NCBI GenBank assembly: GCA_963809925.1
Contig: CAWELH010000002.1
Coordinates: 22,077-86,076 of the forward strand
From: an uncultured Bacteroidales bacterium
GTDB lineage: Bacteria > Bacteroidota > Bacteroidia > Bacteroidales > GCA-2748055
DNA: 64,000 nt
Direction: 5' to 3'
The notes under the pieces: model-generated
Databases searched by the model: none
What the model was told of the DNA's origin: nothing
The model's input: only the letters and a program-made list of their open reading frames with translations
Shown here: one piece after another, positions 50,079-59,743 of the stretch
Position numbering within the stretch: the first letter of the stretch is position 1
Layout: every line of letters starts with the position of its first letter
Made by a program: the position numbers and the translations under genes

Positions 50079-51110
50079 TTAGGGGACGAGTATCACTTTA
50101 CCCAGTGATCCGTCATTTCTCCTTAACTTTGAAAACCATTCTGCACCTTCCGACAATGGCGCGACGGCAGAAATTTGTTTTTCAACATTGATCATCCCTT
50201 TCTGCATAAAACCGAGAACTGTTTCATATTCACCCCGGATGGCGCAACTTCCGAGTATGCTGATCTCACGGGTCACCACATCCTGCACCGGGATGGTCGC
50301 TGTTGGACTGGTATTCCCGATCAGAACCACCTTACCTCCTTTCCGTACCAGCCTTATGGCAAGATTAAGGCTTTCCTCCCTGCCTGCAACTTCGAAAGAG
50401 ACATCCGCGCCACGATTTCTGGTTAGTGCCAAAATCTTAGCATTCAAGTCCTGGGTTCCTGCATTGAAGACATCTGTTGCACCTGATTCTTCCGCTTTTC
50501 TGAGACTCTGATCATTGATGTCAACAGCAATTACCGACGGAATGCCAGTGAGCCTAAGCAACTGAATCAAAAATGTTCCAATCATTCCTGCTCCGACCAC
50601 AACACATACACTGCCGGTTTTCACCAATGCCACATTCAGTGCATGCAAAGCAACAGCTATGGGTTCCACCAGCGCAGCCTGTTCAAATGTTACATTTTCA
50701 GGGATACGGTATAGTACATGCGAGGGAACTGCAACGAATTCGGCAAACGCACCATTTCTTTTGTACGTTCCCGGTGAGACACCGATGACTTCACGGTGTT
50801 CGCTAAGATTATACCTTCCTTCCAGGGTAAACCAGTCATTCAGCGGAAAGATTGTGGAATCAAAGGTAACCCGGTCGCCGACTTGCCAGTTTGTAACGTC
50901 TCTGCCAACACGAACAATAACACCGGATGCTTCATGACCCATGATCAGTGGTGGTATTCTGCGACCTGTACTGCCATCCATACCATGAATATCAGAACCA
51001 CAAATACCGCAGGCCATCACGTTGACAAGAACGTCATTGCTACCCGTTTCCGGTTCAGGTACGTCTTTGTAAACCACGTGATTATATGCTTCAAGTACCA
51101 GTGCCTTCAT
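50079..51110 (-). CDS. Zinc-dependent alcohol / polyol dehydrogenase (sorbitol / threonine-dehydrogenase-like MDR)
   Basis: 'CGICGSDIH' and 'GHEASG' are catalytic zinc ligands. 'VVVGAGMIGTFLIQL' is the Rossmann motif. Confidence 0.85.
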   Translation of the reverse strand: MKALVLEAYNHVVYKDVPEPETGSNDVLVNVMACGICGSDIHGMDGSTGRRIPPLIMGHEASGVIVRVGRDVTNWQVGDRVTFDSTIFPLNDWFTLEGRYNLSEHREVIGVSPGTYKRNGAFAEFVAVPSHVLYRIPENVTFEQAALVEPIAVALHALNVALVKTGSVCVVVGAGMIGTFLIQLLRLTGIPSVIAVDINDQSLRKAEESGATDVFNAGTQDLNAKILALTRNRGADVSFEVAGREESLNLAIRLVRKGGKVVLIGNTSPTATIPVQDVVTREISILGSCAIRGEYETVLGFMQKGMINVEKQISAVAPLSEGAEWFSKLRRNDGSLGKVILVP

Positions 51111-51273
51111 AGATGAAAATATTCAATTACATCAAAGGTACGATTATTCAATATGAATTCCGTAAGCACGGTTCGTTGACTTTCCTCCTTTTTTAATTAA
51201 TAAACCTATTTTTCAGGCTAAATTCGTCTTCAGGATTTGCTATTATCGTCAAAAAATAGTCCGGATATACGAT

Positions 51274-51325
51274 GGGGTGAAAATCTGCCTGGAGGGGTGA
51301 AAATCGCTCCATAGGGGTGAATTTT
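51274..51325 (+). promoter_or_regulatory. Three direct GGGGTGAA(A/T)(A/T)T(C/T) boxes phased at exactly 20 bp in a divergent promoter region
   Basis: GGGGTGAAAATC occurs at 51274 and 51294, and GGGGTGAATTTT at 51314. The boxes lie between the ADH start (51110, minus strand) and the lipoprotein start (51420, plus strand). Confidence 0.5.
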
Positions 51326-51419
51326 ACAGTTTTGTTTTTTCATTTTTACCAAAATCCATTGGTTACGCAACCACAGCTATGCTACTTGCATCCATCATAA
51401 ACACCTTTCAGAGCTTTGC

Positions 51420-51887
51420 ATGAACCTTTTGCTACGAAGTACCTTAATTTTAGCCATCACCCTTCATTCCTGTGAAAAGCAGGGTCAGGAGAACTCAAAG
51501 ATCCCTGATGGTATAAGCTTTACGATTGGAACCACCTGTGGCTGGTGTGCAGGTACTGACTCGCTTGTCATTACTAAAGAAGAGATGAGCTTTGTCCGGA
51601 ACCAACCCTGTGAGAATAATTCTGTGAAAGAAACAGACCCTACCCGAAAGGAAGACTGGATCACATTAACAGATCTTTTTGATAAGGATGAGTTTAGTAA
51701 AATCACGATCAATACCTGCAATGTGTGCGTCGACGGCTGCGACACCTGGATAAGGGTGAAAGATGACGATTATTCACACCAGATCAGATTTGGATCTGTG
51801 GATTCTGAGATACCTGCGACAATACTCCCCTTTGTGAATAGATTGGATTCTTTTCGTCTTCATTATAGAAGTCAGGCAGTTCAGTGA
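51420..51887 (+). CDS. Hypothetical Cys-rich lipoprotein
   Basis: It has a signal/lipobox 'LILAITLHSCEK', with cysteine pairs 'TTCGWCAG' and 'CNVCVDGCDTW'. Confidence 0.5.
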   Translation: MNLLLRSTLILAITLHSCEKQGQENSKIPDGISFTIGTTCGWCAGTDSLVITKEEMSFVRNQPCENNSVKETDPTRKEDWITLTDLFDKDEFSKITINTCNVCVDGCDTWIRVKDDDYSHQIRFGSVDSEIPATILPFVNRLDSFRLHYRSQAVQ

Positions 51888-52103
51888 CAAATTCATGGTC
51901 TTTTTCGGATGATAAAACTATGCTTCTATTATATTTTCAGATGAATGGATCAGTATATAAGGAAAAAAGGAACTTCACGCTCAAATATTCCATTTTAATG
52001 TAATAATTTTGATCATAACATTCAGTGTATCTATTTCTATACTTTGTCCATCCAGCCTATATACACCAGAATTAACTGCAAAACCTCTTTATACCAACTA
52101 TAA

Positions 52104-52616
52104 ATGAAAAATCAACTGATACTAATCCTCGCCGGCATTTTCATGATCAATCATACTGTGATTTCACAGATCTCACCCTCAACTGACAATAGATTTAACC
52201 ACGCTTTAGGTGTCACTGCAGGATTTACAACAGGATATGGGCTTTCATACCGCCTGCAGCCCGGAAAACTCGGCGCAATGATAACCTTTGCTCCAAATAC
52301 GGATACCTATCAGAACAAATTCAATGCAGGTTTTACCTTGTTATACAAAGTGGTTGAAACTGAGAAAGCAAACCTGTTCATATACCAGGGAAATGCATTG
52401 TTCTACAGCAAGCTCCGGGTTGAAGAGAACAACTCACCATGGATAAGCTCAGAGGAAAAAAAGGCGACGAAAAAGTTTAACAACGGGATTGGTCTCGGCA
52501 TAGAATGCATCATTGTGAAACGGATAAGCTTTAACCTGATGGGCGGATATGCTAAGTTTGGTGATTTCGACAATATCCATATCACAGGTGAAACCGGTTT
52601 GTATTTTCGCTTTTAA
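52104..52616 (+). CDS. Small outer-membrane beta-barrel protein
   Basis: It has a signal peptide, alternating hydrophobic strands, and a C-terminal 'GLYFRF' ending in Phe. Confidence 0.5.
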   Translation: MKNQLILILAGIFMINHTVISQISPSTDNRFNHALGVTAGFTTGYGLSYRLQPGKLGAMITFAPNTDTYQNKFNAGFTLLYKVVETEKANLFIYQGNALFYSKLRVEENNSPWISSEEKKATKKFNNGIGLGIECIIVKRISFNLMGGYAKFGDFDNIHITGETGLYFRF

Positions 52617-52725
52617 CCGGTAAAAATTCTGTATCTAATGAATGCTAACTGTTAATGTTATGAGAAAAGGGATGATAATTCCGGGCCTTTCGTTCCGGAA
52701 TTTTCAATAAATTCAACGAATCGTG

Positions 52726-55152
52726 ATGATAAAATATTCTCTTCTTTTTTCAGCCACACTTTGGTTCATCTGTATATCCTGCACTTCTCTCCGGACGGAA
52801 GCTCCGGGCCAGTGGCACAACGCTCATTGGATAGGCTATGAAATTCTTCCGGACAGTATGAAGGTAGTGCCTGGCGTGCACGGATTTGGCAACGGACTTG
52901 ATAACAAATGCCTGAAAGCTGCTGTAATTCCATTATTCCGTAGAGAATTCAATATAAACGGGAAAGTAGAGGAAGCCATCATTAAAATATGCGGATTAGG
53001 GCAGTATGAATTGTATCTCAACGGCAATAAAGTCGGTGACCGTTTCCTTTCACCTGGGTGGAGTTACTACCAAAAACGCTGTCTTTACAATACCTATGAT
53101 ATTACCGAAAGGCTGAAGGAAGGAAAAAATGCACTTGGTGTCATAACAGGTACGGGATTTTTCTACATCAGCCGCGAGCGCTACCGGAAACTTGTACAGG
53201 CTTATGGTTATCCCCGGCTAATCTTCGATCTGACGATCAGATATTCCGACGGATCGGTTGATCATGTCGTATCTGGCAAAAAATGTCAGATGAGTCCTTC
53301 AGCTATAACTTTCAGTAGTATATACGGTGGCGAAGATTATGACGCCAGGCTCGAACAACCCGGCTGGGACATTCCCGGATTTGATGATTATGGATGGAGG
53401 GAGGCTGTCGAACTGACTGATACCATGGGGGAGCTCGTTGCTGAAGATGACCATCCAGTTAGAATCATGCAAGAATTTGACACACAGAAAATCACGGTCT
53501 CAAAAACAGGTCAGAAAATTTATGATTTCGGTCAGAATGCATCAGGGATAATCGCTCTGAAAGTTAAGGGTAACACCGGAAGCCGTGTCCGGATTATCCC
53601 TGGCGAACTGCTTGATGATGCCGGGAATATAAGCCAGGTAAGTAGTGGCGGGCCGTATGAATTCAATTACACACTCAAAGGCGAAGGTGAGGAAGAATGG
53701 CAACCCCGCTTCAGCTACTACGGATTCAGATACGCTGCAGTCGAAGTGATTGAAGATGAAAATGAAGTAGTGCAGGATACAAAAGTGCTGGACCTGAGAA
53801 TGCTGCATACGAGGAATTCCGCACCCGCAACCGGCTCTTTCCGGTGTTCAGACACCTTGTTCAACCAGATCTTCGAACTCATCAACTGGGGCATTAAGAG
53901 TAATATGGCCAGTGTTGCCACTGACTGTCCCCACCGTGAGAAACTCGGCTGGCTCGAACAAACCTATCTGATCGGTCCGTCGATGCACTACAACTTCGAT
54001 ATTCACTCATTCTATACGAAGATCATCCATGACATGGCGGACTCACAGCTCGAAAACGGACTGGTTCCAGACATTGCGCCGGAGTACGTGCCTTTTAATG
54101 ACGGCTTCAGAGATTCACCCGAATGGGGAAGTGCTTCTGTGATCATTCCATGGCAGGTTTATACATGGTATGGTGATCGGAAGACGCTTGAGGAGGCTTA
54201 CCCCATGATGAAGAAATATTTGACGTACTTGCAGGGTAAAGCAAATCATTATATCCTCGACTATGGTCTCGGCGACTGGTATGATCTCGGACCCAAACCA
54301 CCCGGTGAGGCACAGCTGACACCAAAAGGACTTACCGCCACATCTGTTTTCTTCTATGATATGAAAATTATGGAAAAAACTGCCAGGCTGCTCGGCTTTG
54401 ACGAAGATTTCGAAAAATATAGCCGGCTTGCAGAAGATATTCGTACCGCATTCCTTGATAAATACTTTAATCCAGAAAACGGACGTTGTGCTACCGGAAG
54501 TCAGACCTCGTACGCAATGCCCCTGTATGTTGGTTTAATACCCAATGATATACGCGAACTGGTTTTTACAAACCTTGTGGATTCAATCAGGGTACATAAC
54601 TATGCCCTCACCTCTGGTGATATCGGTTATCATTTTCTCGTAAGGGTGTTGAGCGAAGGTGGACGCTCTGATGTCCTTTTCAGGATGAATAACCGGACTG
54701 ATCGTCCCGGTTACGGTTACCAGCTTAAAAAGGGAGCTACAGCTTTAACCGAAAGCTGGGAAGCTCTTCCCACTTCTTCAAACAATCATATGATGCTGGG
54801 TCACCTGATGGAATGGTTCTATAACGGTCTTGGAGGTATTTACCAGGAAAAAAATTCCATCGCATATGAGAACATAATCATAGCCCCTAAACCTGTTGGA
54901 ACGGTCACGTGGGTGAAATGCTCGTTCAACTCACCGAAAGGACTTATCTCCACAGACTGGAAAATTGAGGATGAAAATTTTATCATGGAGTTTACCGTTC
55001 CGGAAGGTTCCAATGCCACAATAGTATTGCCGGAGGATTATGGAAAATCGGTTCGGCTAACCGACCTGGAGACGAATGAGACAAGAGCTGTTCAGACAAA
55101 AGATGGGAAATTTATGGTACTAAGCGGGAATTACAGGGTTTCTGGTATCTGA
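52726..55152 (+). CDS. Alpha-L-rhamnosidase (GH78)
   Basis: 'ICGLGQYELYLNGNKVGDRFLSPGWSYYQKRCLYNTYDIT' is the GH78 N-terminal domain pattern. 'DCPHREKLGWLEQ' marks the catalytic (alpha/alpha)6 domain. A signal/lipobox 'FICISC' is present. Confidence 0.75.
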   Translation: MIKYSLLFSATLWFICISCTSLRTEAPGQWHNAHWIGYEILPDSMKVVPGVHGFGNGLDNKCLKAAVIPLFRREFNINGKVEEAIIKICGLGQYELYLNGNKVGDRFLSPGWSYYQKRCLYNTYDITERLKEGKNALGVITGTGFFYISRERYRKLVQAYGYPRLIFDLTIRYSDGSVDHVVSGKKCQMSPSAITFSSIYGGEDYDARLEQPGWDIPGFDDYGWREAVELTDTMGELVAEDDHPVRIMQEFDTQKITVSKTGQKIYDFGQNASGIIALKVKGNTGSRVRIIPGELLDDAGNISQVSSGGPYEFNYTLKGEGEEEWQPRFSYYGFRYAAVEVIEDENEVVQDTKVLDLRMLHTRNSAPATGSFRCSDTLFNQIFELINWGIKSNMASVATDCPHREKLGWLEQTYLIGPSMHYNFDIHSFYTKIIHDMADSQLENGLVPDIAPEYVPFNDGFRDSPEWGSASVIIPWQVYTWYGDRKTLEEAYPMMKKYLTYLQGKANHYILDYGLGDWYDLGPKPPGEAQLTPKGLTATSVFFYDMKIMEKTARLLGFDEDFEKYSRLAEDIRTAFLDKYFNPENGRCATGSQTSYAMPLYVGLIPNDIRELVFTNLVDSIRVHNYALTSGDIGYHFLVRVLSEGGRSDVLFRMNNRTDRPGYGYQLKKGATALTESWEALPTSSNNHMMLGHLMEWFYNGLGGIYQEKNSIAYENIIIAPKPVGTVTWVKCSFNSPKGLISTDWKIEDENFIMEFTVPEGSNATIVLPEDYGKSVRLTDLETNETRAVQTKDGKFMVLSGNYRVSGI

Positions 55153-55177
55153 TTAATGTTTTTTCTGATGCATGGAC

Positions 55178-55261
55178 GTGTCATTATTCATATATTCCTG
55201 TATCGTAGGGACGTGCCTTGAGGCGCGTCCCTACGATACAGGAATACATGAATAATGACAC
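55178..55261. repeat. 84-nt near-perfect inverted repeat (about 40-bp stem) between convergent genes
   Basis: The left arm is GTGTCATTATTCATATATTCCTGTATCGTAGGGACG (55178-55213). The right arm, at 55226-55261, is its reverse complement with one mismatch. Pairing extends inward (TGCC/GGCG, one G-U) to a TTGA loop. Confidence 0.9.
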
Positions 55262-55288
55262 ACTACCTTCTCAGAAGAAACCCATCAA

Positions 55289-56917
55289 TCACCGGGCTTC
55301 AGATTTTGATCGTTTTTGCACCTGTTCCACGATGGCTTTCATTTCTGTCACCTTATCCGGATTTTCAGAATACAGGTTCTGTGATTCCGACTCATCTTTA
55401 CTTATATTATAGAGCTGCGGATCAGTGATAAAAGGTCCGTTGGGGTACCATGTTTCATTCCAGTGCGGAGTGGCCGCTTCAATGTATTTCCAATCGCCCA
55501 TCCTTTCCACCAGGGCGCCGCTGCCACCGGAACTGACTGTAAGTGATTTTCTGGCTTGCGGCGAATCATTATCAAGCAGATTTGGCAGGAAGCTGTAACT
55601 GTCCTCTCCCTCGCCTACAGACAGAGAATCTCCGACCACGGCGGCAAAAGTTGCTAAAAGATCGGTGGTACTAATGACATTGTGGTTCACATTTCCAGAT
55701 TTGACCTTGCCCGGCCAGCGGACAATCAAGGGTACCCGCAGACCTCCTTCCCATGCGTCGGATTTAAAACCGAGAAAGTTCCCTGAAGCCCGGTGATCGA
55801 AGGTGAGCCAACCTGCCTGCCAGGTTGGATTGCCATTCGGATCCTGGTACTCAGGTTTATAATCGTTGAAGTAGTCGTAGTAAAATGCTTCAGACAGTTG
55901 TTTGTCTTCCTTATATTTGTCGAGGGAGATCACCGGATCACCTGGTCTGGGCCCGTTATCAGAGGTAACAATGAGAAGAGTGTTGTCGAGTGCATGATGT
56001 CTTTCGAGAGCGTCAACGATCTGCTTGACCGACCAGTCAAATTCTTCAACCATATCTCCTCTCAGACCCGCCTGACTTTGTCCCCGCGTAATGGTTGGCA
56101 AACAGGGCCTGTGGGGTGCGCTGGCCGGAAAATACAGGAAGAGGGGTTTATCCGGAGCATCACTAAAATGCTTATCGACAACTGCAGCGGCTTTTTCGGT
56201 CAATACCTGGTTTACGGTTCTGGAGTCCCAGTTGGGGGCTTTTTCACAGTTTTCGTCGAAATCATAAACCACGCCCTTGGGAACTGAAGGAGCTTCATCG
56301 ATACTGTCATTTTCAATGAATGCAAAAGGGATCATATTAATTGAACCTGTCATACCGTAGAAATAATCAAAACCCCTGTCATTTGGTCCTCCTTTGATTC
56401 TCTTTGAGAAATCAATATAGTCCTGAGAAGTCAGTTTCCAGGAGTTGAAAACATTTTTTACCGGATCGTCCGGTGAATTATCCTTAAGTTGCCAGCCAAG
56501 GCCAAGGTGCCATTTTCCCACGCATGCCGTGTAATACCCATGTTTCTTGAGAAGAGATGCCAGTGTAGTCCGGTTTTCATCGATAAGCGGTTGAGCATAA
56601 TAGGTCAGTACTCCGAATTTCAGAGGTGTTCGCCAGGAATAACGCCCGGTCAGGATGCTATATCGGGAAGGTGAACACAAAGAAGAGGCCACATAGGCAT
56701 CGGTGAATTTCACGCCTTCTGACGCAATCTGATCTATTACTGGTGTACTGATCTTCGAAGCACCATAGCAACTCAGGTCACCGTAACCAAGGTCATCGGC
56801 AACGATAAGCACGATATTAGGCGGCGTTTCCTTCGGTTTTTCCTGCGTGCAGGAAAATGGCAGAATGGCAAGGAGCAATCCTGCACTTTTAAGCAACGTA
56901 TTTGTTAGTGATTTCAT
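55289..56917 (-). CDS. Formylglycine-dependent sulfatase (arylsulfatase A family)
   Basis: It has a signal peptide, 'IVLIVADDLGYGD' and the 'SLCSPSRYSILTGRY' (C-x-P-x-R) motif. Confidence 0.9.
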   Translation of the reverse strand: MKSLTNTLLKSAGLLLAILPFSCTQEKPKETPPNIVLIVADDLGYGDLSCYGASKISTPVIDQIASEGVKFTDAYVASSLCSPSRYSILTGRYSWRTPLKFGVLTYYAQPLIDENRTTLASLLKKHGYYTACVGKWHLGLGWQLKDNSPDDPVKNVFNSWKLTSQDYIDFSKRIKGGPNDRGFDYFYGMTGSINMIPFAFIENDSIDEAPSVPKGVVYDFDENCEKAPNWDSRTVNQVLTEKAAAVVDKHFSDAPDKPLFLYFPASAPHRPCLPTITRGQSQAGLRGDMVEEFDWSVKQIVDALERHHALDNTLLIVTSDNGPRPGDPVISLDKYKEDKQLSEAFYYDYFNDYKPEYQDPNGNPTWQAGWLTFDHRASGNFLGFKSDAWEGGLRVPLIVRWPGKVKSGNVNHNVISTTDLLATFAAVVGDSLSVGEGEDSYSFLPNLLDNDSPQARKSLTVSSGGSGALVERMGDWKYIEAATPHWNETWYPNGPFITDPQLYNISKDESESQNLYSENPDKVTEMKAIVEQVQKRSKSEAR

Positions 56918-56928
56918 GGTTTAAAGGT

Positions 56929-58371
56929 TTACGGTGAATAAGGACAGAGCGCTGAGAGCGGGGCATGGGGTAAATTAACGGGGGTGAATTCAAAAGCACC
57001 GATGTCCGGAGCGGAACCTTGCGGGATCGGAGTACCAGTGTAATCAGTCCTGTATCCCAGGCCTTCTCCTTGGTCTATCGCCGGGCTAGTGACCGCAAGG
57101 ACAAAGTCGCCTTCGACTGATGAATGTTTGTAATTAATAAATTCGGGATTGCCATACACCGGTGAATTACCGGGTCCCTCCAGTCCCATGCATAACCTGC
57201 CGGAGGCGGCAAAATACAAATTATGACTAATGATGCTTTCCGGTGTATGAGGTTGCTGCAAGCCGGTATTGAAAATTACAATGTCTTTTTCTACAACGAT
57301 GATGTTGTTCCTGATCATGTTATCTGAATAATTCTGGGTAATGTTAAAGACGCCCCAGTCGTTTGCATTTACTTTTCGTCTGATAATGGTGTTATTCTCA
57401 ATCCTGCAGTGGCTGCCATTCCATAGTGCCATAAACTGCTGATAATCATCACTGATATTATGATGGATCTCAAAATTCTCATAATCGGGATGAGTTTTCA
57501 CATCTGACCATGTTACCTCGAGAAAACCCTGGCAGTCTCTTGTGTAATTGTGATGAATCCGGATATGCAGTTTATCGAACCTGGCATCATCAATCTCTAT
57601 AGCACCGCCGTCGGCCCCACCGCCGATGCCCTGGGGCCATTTTATCCGGGAATCTTCTGCCCTGTAATTAAAAATTCGGTTGAAGCATACCTCCTGATGA
57701 TCATTCCCTAGCCAAATACCGATAGGACCCCAGTTCCATTCTTTCAACACCCGGTTACAATCATGTATATAATTATGGGAGATCAGTGTATGTTTTCCGT
57801 AGCTTTTAATACCGACCACACAATCAAAAAATTCATTATTTCTAACAATACAGTGATTTCCATTTTTATCAATGTATACTGCTCCCATCTCCCATGTTTC
57901 AAAACCATCAGAATGGTAATTCCCCGGTTTAAAGGCTGTCGTATGTTGAAACCTGAGGTTTTCGATAATGATATAATCACCCGACACCCTGATGCAGTTC
58001 CCAAAGTTATCCTGCACAAATACAGGATTTGTGAAGGCAGGCGCAGGAAGGCTGAGATCGCCGTAAGCCGTCAGCGTTATATATCTGCTGGCCGAGCCCG
58101 ATTTTGTTATCCGAAGCGGACCAATGAATTCTGCTCCCCGCTTGAACAATAATGTGTCGCCTGGTATGAGAACGATGCGTTGCAATTGCCGAAGTGTCTT
58201 AATTGCTTTCTCCGGTGAGAGGCCGGAATTTGAATCATTGCCCTTCTCCGGATCGATAAAATATTTTTTCGCAAGCATCGGATCAGCATTACCCTTCAAC
58301 TCTGAAACCGATGGTTTACTGGCCATTGACATGATAACGAGAATCAACATAAGGTAAGCTGAATATCTCAT
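56929..58371 (-). CDS. Secreted right-handed parallel beta-helix (PbH1) repeat protein, a possible polysaccharide lyase or hydrolase
   Basis: It has a signal peptide and repeated 'IRNNEFFDC', 'ISHNYIHDC' and 'HHNYTRDC' coils. Confidence 0.6.
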   Translation of the reverse strand: MRYSAYLMLILVIMSMASKPSVSELKGNADPMLAKKYFIDPEKGNDSNSGLSPEKAIKTLRQLQRIVLIPGDTLLFKRGAEFIGPLRITKSGSASRYITLTAYGDLSLPAPAFTNPVFVQDNFGNCIRVSGDYIIIENLRFQHTTAFKPGNYHSDGFETWEMGAVYIDKNGNHCIVRNNEFFDCVVGIKSYGKHTLISHNYIHDCNRVLKEWNWGPIGIWLGNDHQEVCFNRIFNYRAEDSRIKWPQGIGGGADGGAIEIDDARFDKLHIRIHHNYTRDCQGFLEVTWSDVKTHPDYENFEIHHNISDDYQQFMALWNGSHCRIENNTIIRRKVNANDWGVFNITQNYSDNMIRNNIIVVEKDIVIFNTGLQQPHTPESIISHNLYFAASGRLCMGLEGPGNSPVYGNPEFINYKHSSVEGDFVLAVTSPAIDQGEGLGYRTDYTGTPIPQGSAPDIGAFEFTPVNLPHAPLSALCPYSP

Positions 58372-58527
58372 ATTTCACAAAAATTAAGGAAATCAAGAAT
58401 AGTCGGCAATGTTGTGTCATGTTTAAAAGAATTAACCGCAAAACCATGGAGAACTATCTGTCTTACCTTCAAATTCCTGAGGTTTTGCGGCTAACAATAT
58501 AATTAATCAACTAACCAACGTCATCGC

Positions 58528-59598
58528 TTAACGTTTAAGAAATTTAAGCGTATGATTTTCTACTTTTACAAAGTATACGCCGGAATGAAGGTTGTTTAGT
58601 TCTATCCTCGTGCGTGTTCCCGCTGATAGCATTGATTTCACAACCCTTCCGGTAACGTCCATAATGTCGATCCTGGAGGTTTTGGTTGCATCCAATCCTT
58701 CAAGAATTATCTGATCGCTTGCCGGATTTGGGTAGAGACTTACCGAATGCAGGCTAGCATTGTTAATGCCAGTCACAACAGTAAAAGTAATGGTGTATGA
58801 CTCTGTTGTAGTTCCGTCTTCCGCAGTCACAAGTACCGTTGCGGTCCGTGCAGCCTCATCCCCCGCGAGATCTGTCGCCTGGGTAATGTCCAGCGAGGCT
58901 GAGGTATCTGCCAGCATGGCATCAACAACTGGTATATCTGTAGTCCCCTCGGGCAAAAATACATCATAATGCATTACATCGGGACTGAAATCCGCGACGG
59001 TACCGCCCTCTATTGTAAGATCTGCCAGCATAGCATCGGTACCGGGAACATCAACCATCACTATGGCATCATCGATATAGGCCACTTCCTCACCATCAAA
59101 GTTTTCCTGATTATAGAACCTGTAAAAAACATCAACAGTATCTGTGACTTGACTGGTCCATTGCCAGGTGAATTCCTGCCATTCATTAGTGATTAGATTG
59201 TCGGTATGTATTGCATTGCTACTTGAAAAGAAATAGTTTCCGGGTCCATAACCTATTACCCAGGCAAAGAACAGGTTGCCTTCAGTATGATAGGCCCAGA
59301 CGGAAAAGTCATAGGTAACACCGGAATCAGCGATGAATACCTGTTGTTGACCAAAGTCGGTATTAGCCTTGTTTCCGGTAACTGAAACTGCTGCAGAGTT
59401 TGATCCTCCATGTACAATAGTATTTTCAACGCTTACAGAAATCCCGTCTTTTTTAATATTCCATCCTGCAAGAGTATCGGATTCCAGTGTTTCCATATCT
59501 CCGTTAACAAGGAGATTCTGTGCATAGGTATTTCCGGAGAATCCACATACCAGAACTACCAATGCAAGAAGAAGCATTCTAGAGTAACTTTTTTTCAT
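58528..59598 (-). CDS. Secreted CBM4/9-like plus cadherin-like beta-sandwich protein with a T9SS C-terminal domain
   Basis: 'NLLVNGDMETLE...GWN' is a CBM_4_9-like start. 'LADLTIEGGTVADFSPDVMHYDVFLP' is a cadherin-like domain. The tail is 'VSLYPNPASDQIIL...GVYFVKV'. Confidence 0.65.
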   Translation of the reverse strand: MKKSYSRMLLLALVVLVCGFSGNTYAQNLLVNGDMETLESDTLAGWNIKKDGISVSVENTIVHGGSNSAAVSVTGNKANTDFGQQQVFIADSGVTYDFSVWAYHTEGNLFFAWVIGYGPGNYFFSSSNAIHTDNLITNEWQEFTWQWTSQVTDTVDVFYRFYNQENFDGEEVAYIDDAIVMVDVPGTDAMLADLTIEGGTVADFSPDVMHYDVFLPEGTTDIPVVDAMLADTSASLDITQATDLAGDEAARTATVLVTAEDGTTTESYTITFTVVTGINNASLHSVSLYPNPASDQIILEGLDATKTSRIDIMDVTGRVVKSMLSAGTRTRIELNNLHSGVYFVKVENHTLKFLKR

Positions 59599-59663
59599 AA
59601 AGCATGAATTTTAGTTGAATATTAACGATTTAAGCCAAAATTATAAATTTATAAATATTAAAA

Positions 59664-59679
59664 CAAACGTTTGCGCAAA
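59664..59679. promoter_or_regulatory. Overlapping palindromes CAAACGTTTG / TTTGCGCAAA (LacI/PurR-box-like)
   Basis: ACAAACGTTTGCGCAAAT lies 66-81 nt upstream of the 59598 start codon. The right half equals the PurR-box half-site AACGTTTGCG. Confidence 0.3.
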
Positions 59680-59743
59680 TAAGTTTTAAAAAAAAATAGC
59701 ATTTTTATATCTCAAATTCCGAAATCTCTCAGTATCCATATTT

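Noticed and set aside
55218-55412. A 64-codon ORF starting inside the long hairpin.
   Set aside because: It is generated by the right arm of the inverted repeat and then runs antisense into the sulfatase 3' end. It is not a gene.
58436-58490. The inverted repeat CCGCAAAACC ... GGTTTTGCGG as a terminator after gene 58528..59598.
   Set aside because: The 10-bp stem encloses a 35-nt loop and is not followed by a U-tract on the relevant strand. It is noted but not annotated.
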